Shown in pieces: positions 9,559 to 19,159 of a DNA stretch of 64,000 nucleotides (position 1 is its first letter; each line of letters opens with the position of its first letter). A program made the position numbers and the translations under genes. The stretch is from Candidatus Bathyarchaeota archaeon (GTDB lineage Archaea > Thermoproteota > Bathyarchaeia > 40CM-2-53-6), in contig CAWHWX010000005.1 of assembly GCA_963833125.1 (NCBI GenBank), positions 71,506-135,505 on the forward strand, given 5' to 3'. The notes below the pieces were generated by a model. The model saw only the letters and a list, made by a program, of their open reading frames with translations, did not search any database and was not told where the DNA came from.

Positions 9559-10411
9559 GTGTGTTTTGTGACACACACGAGCCACGTCGAACTAGTCAAG
9601 TCTTTGCTCGATTTCGGCCTTACAAACACTGAAGCCTTCGTATTTGAAGCAGCTCTAAACCTGGGAGAAGCGACCACTAGACAGATTTCTATTGCTGCTG
9701 GAAAGGAAAGAGCACAAACATACCACGTAGTTGCGCAGACTCCAACGACTAGGTCTTGTAGACGTGACGTTGTCGGCACCTGCTCGGTTTAGGCCAGTCG
9801 AGCTGAAATACGCGTTAGACCGTCTTTACCTTCACCAGACCGTCAAACTTAGCAAGCTCGATGAAATGCGCAATAAAATTGTGAAAGTTCAGCATTCGGA
9901 TGTCAAAATACCGTTCGCCGATTCTTATTCGGTTGTAAAGGGCCGAATCAATGTGTATCTTAAGACAATTGAAGCATTGAAGCAGAGTCAGACCAGCGTC
10001 TCAATGATGCTATCGGCGCAAGGCCTAACTCGATTTAGGTGCTTCCCCAATATGATGAACACTATTCGATCACGAGCTAGAAGAGGTGTCGAATTCAGGA
10101 TAATTGCACAAGTCAACTCACGCAATATAGACGATGCGAAGACTTTCTCGAAATTCTGCGAAGTAAGGCACGTTAATAATCAATTCACCAACGCTTCGGT
10201 ATATGACGAGAGGATCGGATCCATAGCGCTTTCACTGAACGAAACACTCGATGTCGACGAAGCCGAGCATGTCTCTTTTTGGACAACTGCGAATGGGTTC
10301 GTTGGAACTCTCGTTAGTTACATTAATTCGGCGTGGTTCATCGCGGCACCGCTAGATCTTGTAAAGGTCGAATCTGATCTCGAATCTAGTGCATTACATC
10401 CAAGCTCTTAA
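9559..10411 (+). CDS. trmB: TrmB family transcriptional regulator; frameshift near 9730
   Basis: FGLTNTEA.V..A.L..GE.T..QIS....RAQTY HTH, then L.RLGLV...P.RF and a C-terminal PLD-like effector domain. Confidence 0.85.
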
Positions 10412-10470
10412 CGTGTCTTCCTACCCATAACTCCCAAGGGGAGATCGTTCCAGGGTTGTTGTTGTACGCG

Positions 10471-11715
10471 TCATCGTCGAGCTTTCCTCTCAACTACCTT
10501 TCGAATGGCTACAGCCTGCGCAGCAATGACTTCGGGTTGTATTCCATGATGCACTGGGATCACAATAGAGCGGGGAGCCACGTTTTCCAGTTTTGGACAA
10601 ATTCCCCTCTCGTATCTAACGTAGTCAGGTAAGACTGTTCCTAGCGAGGTTCTTCTCTTCACATTCATTTCACGAAAAACAGGTTCCAGATAACTCGGGG
10701 TTCTGTGCCAAAATGCGTTTTCTAGCCACAGCTCCGTTTGCTCCTCTTCTTTACATAACCGAACGACCTCCTCTGCTAGCAGGTTAACCTTTTCATCTAT
10801 CACGATATGATACCCCCAGTAACTAGGCACAGTCTCTGGGTAAACATAAGGCAAATGAATGCCCGGTACCGCGCCAAGTTCTTTTGAAAGAATGTCCACT
10901 AGATGCTGACGCCTCGCGTTGAATGTCTCAATTTTAGATAGCTGGGCCAATCCAACAGCAGCCTGCAACTGCCCCATTCTATAGTTATGGCCAAAACTAA
11001 AGAAGTGAAAATCAGGTTCTGGTTTCTTCGCACCTCTTATCGCCCCTACGTTCGTGAACGTGGCGGCTTTTGAGAAAATGTCCGAATCATTCGTTACTAC
11101 TATTCCACCTTCGCCGGTCGTGAAATGCTTTGTCTGCTGCAGACTGTAAGCGGCCACATCTCCTATAGTCCCTGCTAATCGTCCCTTGTAAAATGCATCG
11201 TAGGCTTCAGCAGCGTCCTCGATCACGAATAGGTCGTGTTTTCCAGCGATTTCCATTATGGGATCCATATCTGCTGGTTGACCATAGATATGGACAGGCA
11301 TTATTGCCTTGGTGTGTTCGGTTACCTTCCGGCCCACGTCGGTCGGGTCAAGGCACCCATTTCGCGGATCGACATCAGCAAAAACTGGAACGGCGCCCAT
11401 GGCAACAACTGAGATTGAGGAAGCGATAAACGACTTACCTGTGACGATAACCTCGTCACCAGGCCCTATCTCACATCCAGCCATAGCAGCTTCAAGCGCC
11501 GATGTACCAGAGTTCACAGCGAGAGCATGTTTGAGCTTCATTCGCGCGGCGAATTTATCTTGAAACTCGGTAATGTAATATCCAACTCCGACCGGATTCA
11601 AAGAGTCATTGTAATCGTAATAGCAAAGTTGCTGCCTCTTCAACACGTCGTCGAGAATCTTCCTTTCTTCTTCACCCAAAAATCGTAGGTTTTGATCATA
11701 GTTGATTGTTTTCAT
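10471..11715 (-). CDS. DegT/DnrJ/EryC1/StrS PLP-dependent aminotransferase
   Basis: NSGTSAL, GPGDEVI, PVHIYG, IEDAAEA, SLQQTKHFTTGEGG, NYRM. Confidence 0.93.
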   Translation of the reverse strand: MKTINYDQNLRFLGEEERKILDDVLKRQQLCYYDYNDSLNPVGVGYYITEFQDKFAARMKLKHALAVNSGTSALEAAMAGCEIGPGDEVIVTGKSFIASSISVVAMGAVPVFADVDPRNGCLDPTDVGRKVTEHTKAIMPVHIYGQPADMDPIMEIAGKHDLFVIEDAAEAYDAFYKGRLAGTIGDVAAYSLQQTKHFTTGEGGIVVTNDSDIFSKAATFTNVGAIRGAKKPEPDFHFFSFGHNYRMGQLQAAVGLAQLSKIETFNARRQHLVDILSKELGAVPGIHLPYVYPETVPSYWGYHIVIDEKVNLLAEEVVRLCKEEEQTELWLENAFWHRTPSYLEPVFREMNVKRRTSLGTVLPDYVRYERGICPKLENVAPRSIVIPVHHGIQPEVIAAQAVAIRKVVERKARR

Positions 11716-11864
11716 GAAAGTCGCGAATGTGGGGACAAACTGCGATTAATATATTGATGCATTTTGTCGTTAACTGGGCAACTACGCCGTTGCGGTATTC
11801 TGCAACGGTTATCCCTTAGTAACCTCTTAGGATTCCTAGCCTGCAAATCGGGAAGCGAACTCTC

Positions 11865-12695
11865 ATGTCGATTAAGTTGTCATGCCACACAATAGCATTT
11901 CACTCGCAGCCGTTTGAGTATGCTGTGAAGAAGATAGCTCAAATTGGATATGAGGGTATCGAGCTAAATGCTGAGACTAACTGGGCCAAGCCGCACATCA
12001 CCCCTGAAACTCCTAAGGTGCAGAGGAAAGCAATGGCAGAACTGGTCAGGAGACATGGGCTGCTGGTTTCTTCGATGTGTGCCCATACGTCCCTAATCGA
12101 GCCATCGCCCGAGAAACGTAAACAAGGAGTACAATACACAAAGGCATGCATCGAAATCGCATTGGAGTTCGAGACAAACATCGTACATGTGATTTCCGGC
12201 AACCTCACTAGGGGAGTTCAGAAAGAAATGGCGCTAGAGTGGTTAGTCTCCGAACTCTCAGAGTTAATAGATTTTTCAAAAGAAAGAGGGGTGAGACTCG
12301 CATTTGAAGCTGCTGTGAATCAACTCGTCGCAAATGGCATTGATCTGGATAATCTTATCCACGAGGTCGGCAGCAAAAAACTCTACGTCAATTTTGATCC
12401 CAGTCACTTGGTTCTTTATGGAGAAGCTGCAAGCGATTCCGCGATGAGGTTTGCTGATCGTATTGTTCATGTGCACGCCAAGGATGCCAAGGGGCGCCCA
12501 AATAATTTTGAGTTTCCACCTCTTGGAGCTGGTGTCGTCGATTTTCGCAGCCTGATTCGGGTGCTAACGAAGATACGATACGACGGATTCATCTCAGTTG
12601 AGTATGAGGGGGAATTATTTGGGTATGGGAACGATCCTGAGCCTGCAATAATAAATAGCAGAGCTTTCTTGAAAGATCTCATTGACGCTGCCTAG
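11865..12695 (+). CDS. sugar-phosphate isomerase/epimerase (xylose-isomerase-like TIM barrel)
   Basis: GYEGIEL, AFE, NFDPSH, HVHAKD, G.G.VDF, SVEYE. Confidence 0.88.
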   Translation: MSIKLSCHTIAFHSQPFEYAVKKIAQIGYEGIELNAETNWAKPHITPETPKVQRKAMAELVRRHGLLVSSMCAHTSLIEPSPEKRKQGVQYTKACIEIALEFETNIVHVISGNLTRGVQKEMALEWLVSELSELIDFSKERGVRLAFEAAVNQLVANGIDLDNLIHEVGSKKLYVNFDPSHLVLYGEAASDSAMRFADRIVHVHAKDAKGRPNNFEFPPLGAGVVDFRSLIRVLTKIRYDGFISVEYEGELFGYGNDPEPAIINSRAFLKDLIDAA

Positions 12696-12767
12696 GTTGT
12701 TGCTCCTGATTACGCGTCGGAATGTGAAAAAATGAAGCGTCACCGGAAGGGAAGCTGACTTCTGTAG

Positions 12768-12791
12768 AATTTAGTCGGCGCCGACTAAATT
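12768..12791. promoter_or_regulatory. perfect 24-bp palindrome, candidate operator or hairpin
   Basis: AATTTAGTCGGCGCCGACTAAATT is its own reverse complement; lies ~90 bp upstream of the APC permease. Confidence 0.5.
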
Positions 12792-12880
12792 TTTGAAGCT
12801 TCATTTCAAGATCGAAGTTTCCCGTAGATTCTCTAATTGTTTTATTCTGAACATGGCGTACGGCGCCTACGGGTTTGTAG

Positions 12881-14500
12881 ATGACAACGTCTAAAACAAC
12901 CTTCATTCGTGACGCCACCGGTCTTGTCAGGCAATTCACGCTGGCAGATGCGTTCGGTTTGAGCGTGGGGTCATATGTCATAATGAACATGCTGCTTTGG
13001 CCAATATTGGTGGGGTTATACGCGTTCCCAGGTTTCGATTTTATTTTGTGCCTGATTATAGGTACGGTTTTTTGTGTTTTCTGGGCTCTAATCTTTGGAT
13101 TGTTTGGTCAAATCATGCCGAGGTCAGGTGGAGACTACACGTATGTGACTAGAACATTCAATCCTGCCATAGGATTCGGCAGTAGTTTTGCCTTTACAAT
13201 GATTGTCGTCATAACTATACTTGGTATAGGTGGCACAACTTGGACCGGGTTATCGTTCGGGCTTTCCTCATATCTTGACGCTGTAGGGAGAATGACCTCG
13301 AATCCAGGACTAGTGACGCTTGGCGAGAGCATAGTGACTGGCTACTCGGGTTTCTTGATCGGGACAGTTATCATTCTGATCGGAATTGCAATCAACATGT
13401 TTTCTGCACGGCTTACTTCATGGTGTATCAGAATATTACTAGCTACCTCCATGATAACCATGCTTATTCCATTTGTGATTTTTGCCACATCAACGAATGC
13501 CCAGTACATCGTATCGTTCAACTCATTTGCTACCCGATATTACAACGGGACAACATATCAGGGAATTTTGACGGCCGCCCAGAGCAAAGGTTGGACACCC
13601 AGTTCCTTCAGCATGACCAACACTCTCTTAGCATTACCTTTAGTTTTCCTAGGTTATCTTGGCTTTGGAGCCGTTTCCGCAGCAGGATCAGAGATTAAAA
13701 GGCCTCAAAAAACTCTGATGGCAACGGTAATTCTTGCGATCGTTGCCGGGTTCGCGTACTCCGCGTTCGGATGGACAGTTATGCAGAATGCAGTGGGGTA
13801 CGACTTCATGAGTGCTGCATCGTATCTTTCGAATACCGGCTATTTGCCCCTTCCCGCCTATTTTGCAACCCCTTTCTTCTTGGCTGCGCCCATTTACCCT
13901 AATGTGTTAGTGATAACCCTAACCGTATACGCTTTCGTAGTCCAAAACACGATATTGTATTGCCTGGTTCTAGCACTCAATGCCTCACGATATATGTTCG
14001 CATGGTCATTCGACAGAATTTTGCCTGCAGCAGTGGCGGACGTGAGCGACCGATTCCATACACCAATCAAGTCCCTTATAGTTGTCGCAATCCTAGCAAT
14101 CGGTACGCTGGCCCTTTTCGCATTCGAACCATTTCTGACAGTTTATTTCAACGTACTGATTACCGTGTGGATCAGTCAAGTAATCCTAGGGGTTGCCGCG
14201 GCAGTATTTCCTTATTGGCGAAAGGACATTTTCAACTCGGCTCCTTCCAGCGCTCGGATGAGGGTTGGCAAGGTTCCATTTCTTACTATATGCGGGATTG
14301 TAACCGCAGTGGGCATGTCCATTGCAGCAGTGACATCCTTCTTCAATCCACTGGTAATAGGGCCCACAGGACCGTCAGCATTTGCACTGGGCGCTGCGCT
14401 GTATGTGGGAGCCATCGCTTGGTACTACATCATCAAGTATTACAGGAGAAAGCAGGGCATAGACCTCGGAATGATTTTCAAGGCGATTCCACCCGAGTAA
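12881..14500 (+). CDS. APC family amino acid/amine permease
   Basis: FIRDATGLVR, MPRSGGDY.Y..R, SRYMFAWSFDR.LP, ~12 TM helices, C-terminal IPPE. Confidence 0.92.
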   Translation: MTTSKTTFIRDATGLVRQFTLADAFGLSVGSYVIMNMLLWPILVGLYAFPGFDFILCLIIGTVFCVFWALIFGLFGQIMPRSGGDYTYVTRTFNPAIGFGSSFAFTMIVVITILGIGGTTWTGLSFGLSSYLDAVGRMTSNPGLVTLGESIVTGYSGFLIGTVIILIGIAINMFSARLTSWCIRILLATSMITMLIPFVIFATSTNAQYIVSFNSFATRYYNGTTYQGILTAAQSKGWTPSSFSMTNTLLALPLVFLGYLGFGAVSAAGSEIKRPQKTLMATVILAIVAGFAYSAFGWTVMQNAVGYDFMSAASYLSNTGYLPLPAYFATPFFLAAPIYPNVLVITLTVYAFVVQNTILYCLVLALNASRYMFAWSFDRILPAAVADVSDRFHTPIKSLIVVAILAIGTLALFAFEPFLTVYFNVLITVWISQVILGVAAAVFPYWRKDIFNSAPSSARMRVGKVPFLTICGIVTAVGMSIAAVTSFFNPLVIGPTGPSAFALGAALYVGAIAWYYIIKYYRRKQGIDLGMIFKAIPPE

Positions 14501-14515
14501 ATGCAAATTCAATGA

Positions 14516-15355
14516 TTGCCTATGAATTCAGTAGATTCAAAGCTGATAATAACTGCAACTGTCGCCCCCTCGTGGATTTATCCACAATTGCGAAGATGGC
14601 CCCAGACTGCCGAGGAATATGCAACAGAGGTTGTCGCTGCCTATGAGGCGGGTGCTAGTGTTGCACACATTCATGGAAAAGAAGTGTGGACAAAGGAATT
14701 TTACCAGAAAGTGTTCGACCTCATACGAGATGATTGCGACATTATCCTTCAGATGGGTCTATCCGCCCTGAAAATCGAACAGAGAATAAACCTGCTCGAA
14801 ACTAAGCCTGAGATGTTGTCGATTATTCTGAATCACCATGACGAATACTTTCCTGAGTTGAAGCTTCGGATGATGCACACTCAGGAGGAACTCGTCGAAT
14901 ATACCGAACTCTGCAATAAATTCAAGATCAAACCCGAGTTCGAGCAATGGCATCAAGGATCAAACTGGAACCTTCGCTTCTTGGCGGAGAGAGGCCTTAT
15001 CGAAAAACCATATTTCTTAAGCATGTTTTTCGCGTGGCCCGGAGGAATTTGGTCTCCTCCAACAGTAGAGGAGGTCATGTATCGATTCAAGACTGTACCA
15101 GACGGATCAATGTGTACCTTGAGCTGCATGGACGATGAACAGACAAAACTGGCAACGATGGCAATTTTACTCGGAGGACATGCAAGGGTTGGCTATGAAG
15201 ACAATCCATATTACGCCCCCGGAGTGCCCGCGAGGAGTGTCTCAGAACTAGTCGCAAGAATCAAGAGAATAGGAACAGAGCTGAATCGTAAGGCGGCTGA
15301 CCCCACAGACGCTAGGAAAATGATTGGATTGAAGCAAATGGCACTTATTTCCTGA
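14516..15355 (+). CDS. beta-keto acid cleavage enzyme (BKACE / 3-keto-5-aminohexanoate cleavage, DUF849)
   Basis: LIITA, AGASVAHIH, IKPEFE, GGHARVGYEDN. Confidence 0.88.
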   Translation: MPMNSVDSKLIITATVAPSWIYPQLRRWPQTAEEYATEVVAAYEAGASVAHIHGKEVWTKEFYQKVFDLIRDDCDIILQMGLSALKIEQRINLLETKPEMLSIILNHHDEYFPELKLRMMHTQEELVEYTELCNKFKIKPEFEQWHQGSNWNLRFLAERGLIEKPYFLSMFFAWPGGIWSPPTVEEVMYRFKTVPDGSMCTLSCMDDEQTKLATMAILLGGHARVGYEDNPYYAPGVPARSVSELVARIKRIGTELNRKAADPTDARKMIGLKQMALIS

Positions 15356-15548
15356 GAAGGCGTGCCGGACCATTCTTAGGTACCACCCAATCTTTGGTTC
15401 ACGATCGAACAACTCCTTAAGGACACATGGACTAGCGTTGAATAGTCTAATTTTGAAGACCTAGGATCACGGAACACATGCTAATTTAGAATCATGTTGC
15501 TTAGATTCACGGCTGGCCAAGACAAGTGGTTAGGATGTGTAGAGGCCA

Positions 15549-16595
15549 TTGACTGAAGCAAAAATGAAAGCCGCGATTCTCAAAGAACTTAGAAAGCCTC
15601 TGAGTGTGGAGGAGGTTGATGTCCCAGAACTCGGTCCTGGAGAAGTTCTAGTGAAAACCATGGCTTGTGGAATATGCGGCACCGACTTGCATATTATCGA
15701 CGGAACTGGCTACAAACCTCAATTGCCACATATCCTAGGGCATGAACCGGCAGGTATTGTTTCAGAAGTCGGAATAGGCGTCTCTCGCATCAAAACAGGT
15801 GACCGCGTTCTGCCAAACATCTTCTTCACATGTGGAGAGTGTTATTACTGTCGTACAAACCGCGAAACACTCTGCACAAACTTCACCGGCGCGTCGCCTG
15901 CGCTTGGTGTTGGAAGGGCCGGGGGATATGCTCAGTATTTCAAAGCTCCGGCCAAAAATCTCTTCGTCTTACCGGGAAAGATCGGCTTTCCTCAAGGGTC
16001 CGTCATCGCAGACGCCGTGGTGACGGCAGTGCATGCAGTTTATCGTCGCGCTCACACAAAGGCAGGGGACACACTGCTCGTAATCGGACCTGGTGGCATC
16101 GGTCAAACGGTTATTCAAATAGCCAAGCATGCGGGTGCGCGCGTTATCGCGACCGGACGTCGGCCAGCCCGGTTGGATCAAGCGCTAAAGCTCAATGCGG
16201 ATGCAGTCATTAATTCCACGGAACAGAACGTCCCGGATACGGCAAAGGCCTTAACCGGGGGCGTAGGAGTCGATGTTGTCATTGACAATGTTGGCTCTAA
16301 CGAAACTCTTCTCCAAGGAATTGGGTCTTTGAGACCTGGCGGTAAGATTGTGATGATTGGGGAGACAGAAGATACTATTCCACTTTCGACATTTCATCTA
16401 TGTGTAAACGAGTTCGAAATAGTAGGATCTAGGTCCGGAGGGCGTCAGGACACGGTGGAAGCGATAGACCTCGTGGCTAGTGGAGTGGTCACCCCTTACA
16501 TCAGTGATATTCTCCCGCTGTCTAGGATTAACGAATTGATCGAACGAATCAGACTGGGGAAGGTAATGGGCAGAGCCGTCGTTACAATGGATTAG
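15549..16595 (+). CDS. Zn-dependent alcohol dehydrogenase (MDR family)
   Basis: CGICGTD, GHE, CGECYYC...C, GPGGIG. Confidence 0.93.
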   Translation: MTEAKMKAAILKELRKPLSVEEVDVPELGPGEVLVKTMACGICGTDLHIIDGTGYKPQLPHILGHEPAGIVSEVGIGVSRIKTGDRVLPNIFFTCGECYYCRTNRETLCTNFTGASPALGVGRAGGYAQYFKAPAKNLFVLPGKIGFPQGSVIADAVVTAVHAVYRRAHTKAGDTLLVIGPGGIGQTVIQIAKHAGARVIATGRRPARLDQALKLNADAVINSTEQNVPDTAKALTGGVGVDVVIDNVGSNETLLQGIGSLRPGGKIVMIGETEDTIPLSTFHLCVNEFEIVGSRSGGRQDTVEAIDLVASGVVTPYISDILPLSRINELIERIRLGKVMGRAVVTMD

Positions 16596-16653
16596 CCTTC
16601 ATGGTCCAGGTCAAACTATTCCCTTACCGAACCACTCGCGGCTACACATGAGG

Positions 16654-17655
16654 TCACGTACGTTTGAAGCACGGAAGCAAATCTCTTTCACACATTCCCA
16701 GAAACTCCTCTTCAGATGGACTCGCACTGTGAAGTTGAATCTCATTATACCCCAAGTCGATTGCGTTTTTCACTTTCTTTACTATGTCTTCCGGGTCGGA
16801 TGTGATAGTCCATGCTTTCGTGAGTTCCGAATCTGAGATCTGTTGCCCCAATCTTTCGAGTTCTCGCGGATCTGCAATGGGGAGGTTCCAGATATTTGGT
16901 ATTAACGCTGATTTCCATTTTCTCGCTGAAACAAGTGCATCATCGTAGGTCTTGGAGTAGGACACGAAAAGCTCGACGTTCTTATCCAATTTGCTTGCAT
17001 CGCAACCAGCATCCTTCGCTGCATGATCAATTATTGGCCAGAGACGTTTTATGTCGTCTTTGGCAGAATCCACTGTGGCGTAACCATCTGCATACCTACC
17101 TACCAATGTTGCGGTCTGAGGACCATTCGCCGCAATGTAGATTGGGATGGAGCTTTTGGGCTTAGTGTAAAGTTTCGCGCCATTCAGCTTGTAAAAGCTG
17201 CCAGAGTAATTCACAAAATCAGATGTCCAAAGTTGACGAATTATCTCAACAGACTCCTTGATTCTCTGTAGTCTTTCCTGAAATTTCGGCCAAGGATAAC
17301 CTAACGGTGAATCATTCATAGCCTCGCCAGTTCCTAGAGCGATGAATATTCTTCCAGGAAACATCCTATCCATTGTGGCAAAGGCTTGAGCGACGACCGC
17401 GGGGTGGTATCTTCCTATCGGGGCGGTCACTATCGTTCCGAACCTGACGGCCGGGATGGTTGCTGCCGCGGCTGGAATCCATGACCAGGCAAATGGGCAA
17501 GCTGCCTGCGTGTTAAACCAAGGATGAAAGTGGTCGCTTATAGGGATAAAATCAAAGCCAGCTCTCTGAGCACGAGCGGCGTATCGTAGAAGGTCTTCGG
17601 GCTGATGACCTTCAGCTTCAACTCTATAGCCAAACTGATTTCGCATGTGAATCAC
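16654..17655 (-). CDS. F420-dependent LLM oxidoreductase (G6PDH-F420/TIGR03557-like)
   Basis: SDHFHPW, RYHPAVVAQAFAT, GTGEAMND. Confidence 0.88.
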   Translation of the reverse strand: MIHMRNQFGYRVEAEGHQPEDLLRYAARAQRAGFDFIPISDHFHPWFNTQAACPFAWSWIPAAAATIPAVRFGTIVTAPIGRYHPAVVAQAFATMDRMFPGRIFIALGTGEAMNDSPLGYPWPKFQERLQRIKESVEIIRQLWTSDFVNYSGSFYKLNGAKLYTKPKSSIPIYIAANGPQTATLVGRYADGYATVDSAKDDIKRLWPIIDHAAKDAGCDASKLDKNVELFVSYSKTYDDALVSARKWKSALIPNIWNLPIADPRELERLGQQISDSELTKAWTITSDPEDIVKKVKNAIDLGYNEIQLHSASPSEEEFLGMCERDLLPCFKRT

Positions 17656-17679
17656 ACAAAGCTACTGTTTGGCGTGAGT

Positions 17680-17717
17680 CTTTTCTAATCTTTCTTTCTT
17701 TTCTAATCTTTTCTAAT
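17680..17717. repeat. three copies of CTTTTCTAAT in a divergent intergenic region
   Basis: Copies at 17680-17689, 17698-17707 and 17708-17717. Confidence 0.7.
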
Positions 17718-17858
17718 AACATGTATGGCTCCACTGGCTTTGGAGTCAACTTTCAGTAGCTTAGGTTGAGTTTGCCGAATAAAGAATGGGCGATGTCGCA
17801 TTAATCATTATTATAGAGTTAGGAGGACCATGCAACCATTAGAAGGGATGCATGAGCT

Positions 17859-18701
17859 TTGGTAGTAAAACTCAGCTGTTGTACCCTTGGCTACTTTAGA
17901 AGCACCACTGTTGAGGATGCGATCAAAAGAATAGCGAACATAGGCTACAAAGGAATAGACCTTTACACAGGAGCACCGCACCTTTGGCCCAGCGACTATT
18001 CCCGACAAGATAGACAGAACGTTAAGAAGTTAATCGATCAACATGGCCTTAAACTGACCGGCTTTGCTCTTTCAGGCGGCTTGCTTGGGTTACAATATAA
18101 TTTCGGTTGTCCTAGAAGCACTATCCGCAAATTGACACTCCAGTATTATCTTGACCACGTTGAACTCGCCAGCGAATTAGGATGTCCGCTCTTCAACGTT
18201 CTAACAGGCAACGTGTTACACGGAACGACAAGAGAACAGGCACGAAAATGGACTATGGAAGCTCTCCACGAGTTGACTGCAGAAGCCGAAAAGAAGAAGG
18301 TGATTTTAGGACTGCACCCGCAATACATCGCTGAAAGCACTCTAATGCTCACTGTTGATGACGCACTAGAGATGATTAAGGAATTGAGTTCGAAGTGGGT
18401 GAAGATAATCTACGACACTGCTCAGCAGAACATCGTCTATCGAAATTTCATGGACGACATACGTGCATGTGGCGATAAGTTGTGCTATGTTCACGCAGCT
18501 GACAACGATGGTATTCGTTGGACTCACGACGCAATAGGTAGAGGTACTGTCGACTGGGAAGGAATCCTAAGAGCACTGAAGGAGATAGGATTTGAGGGGA
18601 GCATGTGCGTCCAATGCTTTTCAGACCTTCCGAACGACGCTGACTCCGTGCTGCGAGAGTCGAAAAATTACTTGGAGAAACTAATCAAAGAGATCGCCTA
18701 G
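17859..18701 (+). CDS. FrlC-like TIM-barrel isomerase/epimerase with substituted catalytic glutamates
   Basis: G.KGIDL...PHLWP, QYN, YDT, YVHAADND..H..IG.G.VDW. Reads LHP and VQC where the family has LEP and VE. Confidence 0.8.
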   Translation: MVVKLSCCTLGYFRSTTVEDAIKRIANIGYKGIDLYTGAPHLWPSDYSRQDRQNVKKLIDQHGLKLTGFALSGGLLGLQYNFGCPRSTIRKLTLQYYLDHVELASELGCPLFNVLTGNVLHGTTREQARKWTMEALHELTAEAEKKKVILGLHPQYIAESTLMLTVDDALEMIKELSSKWVKIIYDTAQQNIVYRNFMDDIRACGDKLCYVHAADNDGIRWTHDAIGRGTVDWEGILRALKEIGFEGSMCVQCFSDLPNDADSVLRESKNYLEKLIKEIA

Positions 18702-18802
18702 GAAAGCTAAGAATCCGTATTACATTTCCGGCCACCAACACAAAAACAATGGGCGCCGAATTTTAGGACGATTATGAGGGTTCAAACGAGGGTGTAAAGC
18801 TA

Positions 18803-18815
18803 CTCCCCCGCACCA
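18803..18815 (+). repeat. attR-like copy of the tRNA-Leu 3' end
   Basis: CTCCCCCGCACCA identical to 4862-4874; a T-loop-like GGGTTCAAA lies just upstream. Confidence 0.65.
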
Positions 18816-19159
18816 TCTAGTCATTAATGCATAGACATTTGGAGAAAGCGAGCGGTTCAAATCTGGCTGCCCGCACCAGGTGACCCGCCGCCGCCCGTGA
18901 CGAAGCACGCTTCGCTCGCTTACTTGGTTAGGATGGTGCTCGCTTCGCTCGCACAACATTCTGTACGCTAGGAACCTGAACGGTTGGGAATGCTTTTCTC
19001 ATCGTTTGTAAAATATGAGAAACGCTAGGGCTACGAATCCAATACTAGATTCAAGGAAAGCGGAATATGAACCACAATGCCGAAAAGAGAGAGAATTCTT
19101 CAAGAAAGACTAGACGTGTGATAGATAGATTTTCTCAGCCAAGATAAGGGTGCCGCGCA

